From an uncultured Thermoleophilaceae bacterium (GTDB taxonomy: Bacteria > Actinomycetota > Thermoleophilia > Solirubrobacterales > JACPNS01), in assembly GCA_964455545.1 (NCBI GenBank), contig CAYVWQ010000010.1:23749-87748 (forward strand): a stretch of 64,000 bases of DNA, read 5' to 3'. Below the pieces are notes generated by a model. The model was given only the letters and a program-made list of their open reading frames with translations, had not been told where the DNA came from and did no database searches. Made by a program: the position numbers and the translations under genes. This document shows positions 28,372 to 35,908 of the stretch, one piece after another. Every line of letters begins with the position of its first letter. Positions within the stretch are counted from its first letter, which is position 1.

Positions 28372-30159
28372 TCAGTCCGCGCGAGTCACGCGCGCGGCTT
28401 CCGCGAGCGACACGAATCCCTGGCGGACCCGGTCGAGCGCGGCATCGGCAAGGGTGACCATTCCCTGCTCCTGTGCGGCCTGCTCGATCGCTTTGGCCGG
28501 GAACTTCTCAAGCACCATCTCGCGGATGCGGTCATCGATCGTCAGTACCTCGAACAGCCCTGTGCGCCCGCGATAGCCGGTGTTCGAGCACCGCGCACAG
28601 CCCACGGCCTCGAACCCCTCGAACGAATCCTGCAGGTCGACGTCGTAGCCGGCTTCGAGCATCGCCGTCCCGTCGATCGTGACCGGACGACGGCATTCAG
28701 TGCAGAGTTTTCGCGCAAGGCGGCTGGCCACGACGCACTCGACCGAAGATGCGACCAGGTAGCGCTCGACGCCCATCTCGGTCAGGCGTGTCACCGCCGA
28801 CGCCGCGTTGTTGGTGTGCAGGGTGGTCAGCACGAGACGCCCGGTCAGGGCAGCCTCGATCGCCGTGCGCGCCGTTTCGTGGTCGCGGATCTCGCCGACC
28901 ATCACGACGTCGGGGTCGCTGCGGAGCATCGATCGCAGGCCGACGGAGAAGGTCAGCCCGCGCTTGTTGTTCACCTGAACCTGGCGCACGCCGACGAGCG
29001 GGTATTCGACCGGATCTTCGATCGTGATGATCGTGCGCTCAGGCTGGTTCAGTTCAGCCAGCGCCGCGTAAAGGGTTGTCGTCTTGCCCGACCCCGTGGG
29101 TCCGGTGGCCAGGATCGCTCCGTGCGGCTTGCGTAGTGCTCGCTCGAGCGCCTTCATTCCTTCCGGGTCCAGTCCAAGCCGGTCGAGCGGCGGAACGTTT
29201 TTTCGGTCGAGCACACGAACGGCGGCCGATTCCCCGTAGATCGTCGGCAGCGTCGCGATCCGCAGGGTCACCTGCTGACCGTCGGGCCCGAAGCTCGCGC
29301 GTCCGTCCTGCGGGAGCTGGCGGACGGAGATGTCCATTCCTCCGAGCAGTTTGAGCCGCGCGAACATGCGCCCACCGAGCTGCGCGGCGACGTTCGTCGT
29401 GTCGTGCGCGATGCCGTCGATCCGGTAGCGCACCCGGACGCTCCCGTTTTCCAGCGTGTCGAGGTGGATGTCCGATGCTCGCTGACGAAGTGCATTGGTC
29501 AAGAGCTGTTCGAGCAGGTTCGCGGATGCCGTCTCGTCCTCCCCGTCGGGCTCGCCGATGGCGGTGGCTACTCCCGACTTGCGGTGTGCGTCCTCTGTGG
29601 CGCGCTGGACGTCGTTCTTGCTCAACCGCGAAAGCAGCTCCTCGAGCTGCTCCTCGGTGGTCAGGGCGGCGCGCACGTTGAGGCCGGTCATCAGAGCGAT
29701 GTCGTCGACGGCCAAAACGTTCGATGGTTCGCTGATCGCGACCATCAGCGTGTCGTCGTCGACGTATTTCACGGGCACCGCGCGGTAGCGGGCGGCCGTG
29801 TTGCTGTCGATCGCGTTGAGCGCTCGCTCTTCGAGCTCGAGCCCGCGCAGATCTATGTAGGAAAGCTGCGTACGCGCCGCGATCGCCTGCGCCAGCTGAT
29901 CCTTCGTGATCGTCCCGCGATCGAACAGGACGCGTCCGGTCGGCCGACCGGATTCACGAGATTCCTCGACGGCGGAAGCAACCTCATCCTCGCTCGCGAA
30001 GCCGAGCGCGACCACGATCTCGCCGATCCTGCGACCGACGAGCGATTGAGGCGCCGCGACGCGTCGGGGCGCCTCGGGAATGATCTGGGGTATGTCGTGC
30101 TCCAGCTCGGGCTCATCCGCAGCCTGTAGCCGGACGCCTTCCAGGGGAGAAGTCATCAC
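28372..30159 (-). CDS. GspE/PilB-family type II/IV secretion ATPase (stand-alone)
   Basis: T2SSE_N-like N-terminus, Walker A GPTGSGKTT, Asp/His boxes, tetracysteine CTEC...CARC. 595 aa. Confidence 0.85.
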   Translation of the reverse strand: MMTSPLEGVRLQAADEPELEHDIPQIIPEAPRRVAAPQSLVGRRIGEIVVALGFASEDEVASAVEESRESGRPTGRVLFDRGTITKDQLAQAIAARTQLSYIDLRGLELEERALNAIDSNTAARYRAVPVKYVDDDTLMVAISEPSNVLAVDDIALMTGLNVRAALTTEEQLEELLSRLSKNDVQRATEDAHRKSGVATAIGEPDGEDETASANLLEQLLTNALRQRASDIHLDTLENGSVRVRYRIDGIAHDTTNVAAQLGGRMFARLKLLGGMDISVRQLPQDGRASFGPDGQQVTLRIATLPTIYGESAAVRVLDRKNVPPLDRLGLDPEGMKALERALRKPHGAILATGPTGSGKTTTLYAALAELNQPERTIITIEDPVEYPLVGVRQVQVNNKRGLTFSVGLRSMLRSDPDVVMVGEIRDHETARTAIEAALTGRLVLTTLHTNNAASAVTRLTEMGVERYLVASSVECVVASRLARKLCTECRRPVTIDGTAMLEAGYDVDLQDSFEGFEAVGCARCSNTGYRGRTGLFEVLTIDDRIREMVLEKFPAKAIEQAAQEQGMVTLADAALDRVRQGFVSLAEAARVTRAD

Positions 30160-30250
30160 CTCCCTTTTCGGCTGTTTCGCGGCGAAACGTTACGTCGACG
30201 GGTCCAATTGGACTTTTCCCCTCCTGAAAGTCGGGCAATAGGCTCTCCGC

Positions 30251-31966
30251 ATGGCCGACGACGCGACACCGAGGCTCGAGCTTGCCCTCGCCCAGATAAA
30301 CCCCGTCGTGGGCGACCTCGTCGGCAACGCCGAGATGATCATCGCGCAGCTCGAGTTGGCGAAAGAGCGCGGTGCGCAGATCGTGGTGTTTCCGGAACTT
30401 GCACTGAGCGGCTACCCGCCGGAGGACCTCGTTCTGCGCGAGGACTTTCTTGTGTCGGCCTCCCGCCAGCTCGAGCGGATCGCCGCTCGGGCCAGCGGCA
30501 TCGTCGCGTTGGTCGGATTTCCCGCGGCGCACCCAGAGGGGGTCGCGAACGCACTTGCCGTGCTCGCTGACGAGGAGATCGCACAGGTTTATCGCAAGCG
30601 GTTGCTCCCCAACTACGGCGTGTTCGATGAGCGGCGCTATTTCATTCCCGGCGACGAATCCGTCGTGATCGAGGCCGGTGGAATCCCCGTGGGCCTCTCT
30701 ATCTGCGAGGACGTCTGGTTCGACGAACCCGTCTGTTCCGAACTCGCGGCCAGGGGCGCCCGGGTGATCCTCAACGCATCGGCGTCGCCCTTTCACATCG
30801 GTAAATCGCGCGAGCGGGAAGAAATGCTCAGTTCCCGCGCCAAGCGGTTCGACACGCCGATCGCATACTGCAACCTCGTCGGCGGCCAGGACGAACTCGT
30901 CTTCGACGGGGCGAGTGTGGTGGTCGGGGCCGACGGGAGCGTCATCACCCGTGGCCCGCAGTTCGATTCCGCGCTGATCCGTTGCTCGCTCGACGTCGTG
31001 GAGCCCCCCTCCAGGCGCAATCCCGACTTCACCGCGGTGCCGCTACCGCCGGCCGGTGCGCCCGAGACGGACCCGCCGGCCGACACGCTCGCACCGCGCG
31101 AGCACGAGTCCTGGGCGGCGCTGATGACCGGCGTGCGCGATTACGTGGAGAAGAACGGTTTTCCGGGGGTTCTCGTCGGCGTCTCTGGAGGCATTGATTC
31201 GGCGGTCGTGCTCGCGCTTGCCTGCGACGCGCTCGGCCCCGAGCGGGTGACGGCGGTGACGATGCCCTCGCCTTACAACAGCCCCGAGACCCGCGGCGAC
31301 GGCGATGACCTGATCGCCCGGCTCGGCTGCGCGAGGTACGAATTCGCAATCAAACCGATGATGGATGAATTCGCGGCGGCGCTCGAACAGCCGTTCTCCG
31401 GTCGCGAGCCGGACCAGACAGAAGAGAACATCCAGGCACGGATTCGCGGGATCCTCCTGATGGCCCTGTCGAACAAGTTCGGTTCGATCGTTCTCACAAC
31501 CGGCAACAAGAGTGAGATGGCCGTCGGCTACGCGACGCTCTACGGCGACATGGCCGGCGGGTTCGCGGCGCTGAAGGACGTCCCCAAGCAGCTCGTCTTC
31601 GCGCTCGCCCGCTGGCGAAATGCGAGCAGCCCGGCCAACGGGCGCTCGTCGGCAGCGGACCCGATCCCGACGGGAATCATCGATCGACCGCCTTCCGCAG
31701 AACTCCGCCCGGACCAGACCGACGAAGCCTCCCTCGGTTCGTACGAAGTGCTCGACGACGTGATCGAGCGCTACATCGAACAGGATCAGGGTCTCGCCGA
31801 GATCGTGCAGTCAGGAGTCGACGAGGAGTTTGCCCGCCGAATCCTGCGAATGATCGACCTCGCCGAGTACAAGCGCCGTCAGGCTCCCCCGGGCGTGAAG
31901 ATCACCCACCGCGCGTTTGGCCGCGACCGGCGGATGCCGATCACCGCCCGGCGTCGCTACGAGTGA
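30251..31966 (+). CDS. nadE: glutamine-dependent NAD+ synthetase
   Basis: N-terminal nitrilase-like domain (FPELALSGYPPED, CEDVW) plus a C-terminal SGGIDS ATP-pyrophosphatase domain. 571 aa. Confidence 0.95.
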   Translation: MADDATPRLELALAQINPVVGDLVGNAEMIIAQLELAKERGAQIVVFPELALSGYPPEDLVLREDFLVSASRQLERIAARASGIVALVGFPAAHPEGVANALAVLADEEIAQVYRKRLLPNYGVFDERRYFIPGDESVVIEAGGIPVGLSICEDVWFDEPVCSELAARGARVILNASASPFHIGKSREREEMLSSRAKRFDTPIAYCNLVGGQDELVFDGASVVVGADGSVITRGPQFDSALIRCSLDVVEPPSRRNPDFTAVPLPPAGAPETDPPADTLAPREHESWAALMTGVRDYVEKNGFPGVLVGVSGGIDSAVVLALACDALGPERVTAVTMPSPYNSPETRGDGDDLIARLGCARYEFAIKPMMDEFAAALEQPFSGREPDQTEENIQARIRGILLMALSNKFGSIVLTTGNKSEMAVGYATLYGDMAGGFAALKDVPKQLVFALARWRNASSPANGRSSAADPIPTGIIDRPPSAELRPDQTDEASLGSYEVLDDVIERYIEQDQGLAEIVQSGVDEEFARRILRMIDLAEYKRRQAPPGVKITHRAFGRDRRMPITARRRYE

Positions 31967-31989
31967 TCCTCAACAATCCCCCAATCTGG

Positions 31990-32225
31990 GAAGACGTTTT
32001 CAGTTCGGCGTCACGGGGCACTTTCTAATAGGATCCTGCGCCGTAAAGGCGGGATCCGGGAGGAAACCGACCGCCCTGGGCAATGCGCCGCAACTTGCGC
32101 GGAAACCAAGGGTTAGAGGTGATGGACACAACGGGAGGAAGTCCCGATCTTTGGTCCACCATCTGGAATATCGGGACACAAGTCCATCCAAACCAATTGA
32201 GCAAGCCAGTTTTTGAGGAGGCTGC
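31990..32225 (+). promoter_or_regulatory. long structured 5' leader with mutually exclusive helices (unclassified candidate cis-regulatory RNA)
   Basis: Fold A: GATGGAC 32121-27 pairs GTCCATC 32182-88, and GTCCCGAT 32141-48 pairs ATCGGGAC 32170-77. Fold B: CGGGA 32132-36 pairs TCCCG 32142-46. GGATCC 32031-36 pairs GGATCC 32052-57 in either fold. Confidence 0.35.
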
Positions 32226-33005
32226 ATGCGTATCAAGCTAATTGCACTCGCGACGGTTGTCGCAGCGCTCGCCATCGGCGCGGGAACTGCCAACGCCGCC
32301 CTGCAGAACAGCGTTTCTGCCAAGGTCAAGTTCAGCAAGGCTGGCGGACCGGGTTCGATTGAGCTGAAGCTCAACAACATCGACGAGAGCGTTGGCACGC
32401 CTGGCTACGGCAAGGTCACCGAGCGCATCAAGCAGCTCGTCGTCAAGTCGAACTCCGTCGCCGTGAACAGCAAGGCCCTGCCTTACTGCAACATCACGAT
32501 TCCGACGAACGCCGCCGGCAACAACGACTCGACCCAGCGGACCTACATCCCGGGCAAGAGCAACTCTTCGGCCATCACGAAGGCCTGCCCGAAGAACTCG
32601 CTGATCGGTAAGGGCACGTTCACCGCCGTCGACGGAACCGTCGGCCAGGCCGCCGACTGCTCTCAGGCCGGTTGCATCAAGGGAAACCTCTACGCGTACA
32701 ACTTCAAGCCGCGTAGTGGCGACCGCCTCGGTACCGTCGTGCTGATCCAGTCCGACACCCCGGTGCCGAACGCGTACCAGTACATGTACACCGGTTGGAG
32801 CAAGTCCAACACGCTGACGGCCGACGTTCCGGCGTGGAGCGACCTGCCGCCGATCATCTCGCAGTACCTGCCGCAGGGCACCATCACGATGACGTCGATG
32901 ACCCTGAAGCTGACTGCGCCGAAGCCGAAGAAGGGCAAGAAGCCGATCTTCACGATCAAGAGCTTCAAGAACCTCGACGTCTTTGGTTCGATCGTCCGCG
33001 AGTAG
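32226..33005 (+). CDS. hypothetical secreted protein (probably abundant: strong RBS and terminator)
   Basis: Signal peptide MRIKLIALATVVAALAIGAGTANA, GAGGAGG RBS, lower G+C, Lys-rich C-terminus. No family recognised. Confidence 0.6.
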   Translation: MRIKLIALATVVAALAIGAGTANAALQNSVSAKVKFSKAGGPGSIELKLNNIDESVGTPGYGKVTERIKQLVVKSNSVAVNSKALPYCNITIPTNAAGNNDSTQRTYIPGKSNSSAITKACPKNSLIGKGTFTAVDGTVGQAADCSQAGCIKGNLYAYNFKPRSGDRLGTVVLIQSDTPVPNAYQYMYTGWSKSNTLTADVPAWSDLPPIISQYLPQGTITMTSMTLKLTAPKPKKGKKPIFTIKSFKNLDVFGSIVRE

Positions 33006-33032
33006 TTCCGGACAAGAAGTTCTGTTTGAGGA

Positions 33033-33066
33033 GGCCGGATCCGCACTGCGGGTCCGGCCTTTCTCG
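33033..33066. terminator. bidirectional stem-loop terminator between convergent genes
   Basis: GGCCGGATCCGC-act-GCGGGTCCGGCC (one G-U pair) followed by TTTCTCGTT. Confidence 0.6.
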
Positions 33067-33068
33067 TT

Positions 33069-33479
33069 CTAGGAGCGCATTTCGCGAACGGCGATCGTGA
33101 CGCGGCTGACCGCGACCGTACGGCCGTCGTCGCCGCTCATCGTCACGTCCCACACCCACGTCGTCGAGCCCTGCTGGATTGCGATGGCCTCCGCGGTCAC
33201 GCTGCCTTCGGACACGGGACGCAGAAACGTCGTGTTGTTGCTCATCCCCATCGCGATCTTGCCTTCTTTTCCGACGACGTAATAGGTGCCGACGGACGCG
33301 AGTGTCTCTGCGATCGCGGCGTGCGCTCCGCCGTGAACGATCCCGAAAGGCTGCTTCACCTGATCCTCAACGGCGAATCGGCCGGTCGCCCGGCCCTCCT
33401 CGAGGTCGTCGACCGTGATGCCGAGGGCGGCGTTCAGGCCTTTGTCGAGGGGCACTTTTGGTTCGGGGTAGTCACTCAT
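33069..33479 (-). CDS. PaaI-family hot-dog thioesterase
   Basis: 136 aa, with QPFGIVHGGAHAAIAETLAS core motif. Confidence 0.8.
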   Translation of the reverse strand: MSDYPEPKVPLDKGLNAALGITVDDLEEGRATGRFAVEDQVKQPFGIVHGGAHAAIAETLASVGTYYVVGKEGKIAMGMSNNTTFLRPVSEGSVTAEAIAIQQGSTTWVWDVTMSGDDGRTVAVSRVTIAVREMRS

Positions 33480-33518
33480 GGCCGGAGACGGTACCGGCGG
33501 GCTTAGGATTCCCGTTCG

Positions 33519-34022
33519 ATGGACGACGACCAGAAGGCCGCTGAACAGGCCCCTGACATCCGCAGGCGCCGCCTGATTCTCTACGCAGCCGCGTCGTTGG
33601 CCCTTGCCGCTGTGATCGTCGCGGGCGTTCTGACGCTTTCAGGAGGCACCAAGAAGCCGTCCGCCAAGCCGAAGCTGAAGGCGCCGGTCATCGTCGAACG
33701 CATCCCACTGAAGCCGGTGGACGGCTCGAGCGCGCGGGGCCTTGGCGAGCTCGTGCGACGTGAGGACAAGGACGGGTTCCGGGTGCTGGCGGTGCAGCTC
33801 AAGCCGTCGTCCGGCGACAACCAGGCCTACCAGCTGGTCCTGACCGGCGGTGAACCGGAGAAGCTTCTCGGCACCGAGGTGGTCGGAAAGGACGGCGCTT
33901 TTGTTGGTGAATCGCCGGTCTCGGCAACCGAGCTACACAGTTTCAAGCGCGTCGAGCTACGCCGCGTTACGCGTAAACCTGAGACCGCGAAAACGGTTCT
34001 GCGCGGGAAGATCCCGAACTAA
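33519..34022 (+). CDS. hypothetical membrane-anchored protein (anti-sigma RskA-C-like ectodomain?)
   Basis: Charged N-terminus, one TM (LILYAAASLALAAVIVAGVLTL), beta-rich ectodomain with a YQLVLTGG segment. Confidence 0.45.
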   Translation: MDDDQKAAEQAPDIRRRRLILYAAASLALAAVIVAGVLTLSGGTKKPSAKPKLKAPVIVERIPLKPVDGSSARGLGELVRREDKDGFRVLAVQLKPSSGDNQAYQLVLTGGEPEKLLGTEVVGKDGAFVGESPVSATELHSFKRVELRRVTRKPETAKTVLRGKIPN

Positions 34023-34816
34023 GGCCGCTGCTGGACCAGGCGACGCAGGTCGCGCACGAGCAGCAGGTGCTTGAGGTGCGAGGTGACGGCGGTGAGGTTT
34101 TCGAGCGCCTCAACGGCCTCACCCCTCGACTCGCGGCTGCGTGAGCGGAGTGCCGGCGCGAAGATCTGCTCGAGCAGTGCCGCCTCGCGGTCAGCGGAGG
34201 TCTTGAAGACGCGCAGATTGCGCCCACTGACGCCGTAACGGGCAAGTTCGGTGACGGCGCGGATGATTTCTCGCTCGCTCTCGTCGAAATATGTGGCGCC
34301 GGCGCGACGGGACCCGGTCACGAGACCGAAGTCGATCAGCTCTTTGACCAGCTCCGGCGCGGCCCCGGTGTCAGCGAGAACGTCGTCGGCGGCGTAGAGC
34401 GTCTGGGCCTGCTCGTCGGTGAGGCTGAACCTGCGTCCGCTGCTACGGCCTGAGGGCGCGGCAGATGGAGCGGGAATCTCGTCCTCGGAGCGCCCGGCGG
34501 AGAGCTCCTGACGGATCACGCGGAGCGGCAGGTATTCGTCGCGCTGCAGGCGCAGGATCGTGCGCAGACGCGCGACGTCGTTCTGCGAGTAGACGCGGTA
34601 GCCGCCTTCGGTGCGCTTGGGCGTGAGCAGCTTCTGGTCTTCGAGGTAGCGGATCTTGGAGATCGAGACGTCGCCGAATTCTTTTGCGAGCGTCTTGCGC
34701 ACCGCGCCGATCGTGAGCGCCTTCTCGCGCGGAGCGATGATCGGGTCGGCGGCGCCATTGCCATTTGTGGCGCTGGCGGCGGAAGCCACTCCGGTCTGCG
34801 AGTCGACGCCTGACAT
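34019..34816 (-). CDS. MerR-family regulator, FtsR/Rv1828-like two-domain type
   Basis: MerR HTH LTIGAVRKTLAKEFGDVSISKIRYLEDQKLLTPKRTEGGYRVYS plus a second MerR-like C-terminal half. Its start shares one base with the FHA gene stop. Confidence 0.8.
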   Translation of the reverse strand: MSGVDSQTGVASAASATNGNGAADPIIAPREKALTIGAVRKTLAKEFGDVSISKIRYLEDQKLLTPKRTEGGYRVYSQNDVARLRTILRLQRDEYLPLRVIRQELSAGRSEDEIPAPSAAPSGRSSGRRFSLTDEQAQTLYAADDVLADTGAAPELVKELIDFGLVTGSRRAGATYFDESEREIIRAVTELARYGVSGRNLRVFKTSADREAALLEQIFAPALRSRSRESRGEAVEALENLTAVTSHLKHLLLVRDLRRLVQQRP

Positions 34817-35277
34817 CAGCGCTCCAGAAAGGTCAGCTTGAACTTTCCGACCTGCAGCTCGTCGCCGTCGGCGAGATGATGCGACTCGATGCGCCGACGG
34901 TTGACATATGTGCCGTTGAGCGAACCGAGGTCGTCGATGTGCAGGCCGTCGGCGCGCTTGACGATCACCGCGTGATTGCGCGAGACGGTCACGTCGTCGA
35001 GAAAGACATCCGAGTCCGTGTCTCGGCCGACGGTGAACCGCTCTCCTTCAAGTGTGAAACTGTCGCCGGCGCGGCCGCCGGTCCGAATCACCAGTGAGGG
35101 TCCGCCAGCGCCGGCGTCGACGCTGCTGACGGCTTCGCCCTCGGTGGTCTCCCCCAGCTCGTACTGGGCCGTGGTCGAGCCCGGGCTCGCCTCGTCGGCC
35201 AGGTAGGCACCGCACTTCTGGCAGTAGTTCGCGCCAGGCGGGTTGACGAACCCGCATTCAGGACAGTGCAGCGCCAT
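34816..35277 (-). CDS. FHA-domain protein with N-terminal zinc ribbon (GarA/OdhI-like position)
   Basis: CPECGFVNPPGANYCQKCG ribbon. FHA core FTVGRDTDSDVFLDDVTVSRNHA...SLNGTYVN. Confidence 0.85.
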   Translation of the reverse strand: MALHCPECGFVNPPGANYCQKCGAYLADEASPGSTTAQYELGETTEGEAVSSVDAGAGGPSLVIRTGGRAGDSFTLEGERFTVGRDTDSDVFLDDVTVSRNHAVIVKRADGLHIDDLGSLNGTYVNRRRIESHHLADGDELQVGKFKLTFLER

Positions 35278-35283
35278 CTGGTT

Positions 35284-35844
35284 CTACTCGCCTTCGGCCG
35301 GCGCGGCCGCCTTGCCCGACAGGATCTCGGTGAGTTGTTCGATGTCCTCGCCCGTGATCGTCGCCTCGCCCTCCTCGCGCTGCGTGCGCATGCGGTTGAC
35401 GAGCTCGGCGCGGAGAATGTCGATCTTGCCGTGGAGGATGCGGCGCTGGTAGGAAATTTCGCGTTCCTCCTCGGTGAGCTTGCGGATCAGGTCCTTCAGC
35501 TCGGGATCGGAAAGCGCGCTGAGGTCGGGGAACCCCTGCTCCGTGTCGGCGGACACATCGACGTCGCCGTCGGCCTCTGCCAGCGGGCCGCCGGGCGAGG
35601 CGTCGCTCTCGGCGGTGGTGATCAGGTCCGTGAGCTTGGCCACGTCGGCGTCGGTGATCGACTCGTTGCCGGCGTCGTGGCGCGCGCGCAGGCGGTTGAC
35701 CAGCTCAGCGCGCAGAAGGTCGATCTTGCCGTGGAGAATGCGCCTGCTGTAGGAAATCTCCTGTTCGGTCGACGCGAGGTCACCGATCAATCCCTTGAGT
35801 TCGGCGTCGCTCATCGAGCCGATGTCTGAAACCCATTCCTCCAA
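35284..35844 (-). CDS. tandem-duplicated coiled-coil protein, RsiG-like (candidate cyclic-dinucleotide-binding anti-sigma-type protein)
   Basis: 186 aa, TTG start with GAGGGGAG RBS. Residues 11-86 and 111-186 are homologous. Both copies carry E-x3-S-x2-R-x3-H-x3-D (EQEISYSRRILHGKID, EREISYQRRILHGKID). The CDS is solid; the function is inferred. Confidence 0.6.
   Translation of the reverse strand: MEEWVSDIGSMSDAELKGLIGDLASTEQEISYSRRILHGKIDLLRAELVNRLRARHDAGNESITDADVAKLTDLITTAESDASPGGPLAEADGDVDVSADTEQGFPDLSALSDPELKDLIRKLTEEEREISYQRRILHGKIDILRAELVNRMRTQREEGEATITGEDIEQLTEILSGKAAAPAEGE
35287..35814 (-). repeat. intragenic tandem duplication, period exactly 300 nt (100 codons)
   Basis: For example, GCGGTTGAC at 35392-35400 and 35692-35700. 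The core is GTCGATCTTGCCGTGGAG in both copies. 23 of 27 residues are identical in the protein core by manual count. Confidence 0.8.
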
Positions 35845-35908
35845 CGCGGCGCTCCCCTCGAAATAAACACGTGTCCAGCAGGTTCAGGCAGTATAAGCAA
35901 ACAAATCC

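Noticed and set aside
32060-32110. GGAAACCGACCGCC and GCGCGGAAACC segments in the 32226 leader reminded me of c-di-GMP-II aptamer sequences.
   Set aside because: The elements are in the wrong order relative to my recollection of the class II aptamer (5' GCGCGGAAAC ... 3' AACCGACC). No matching P2/P3 could be drawn. I therefore left the leader as an unclassified structured RNA.
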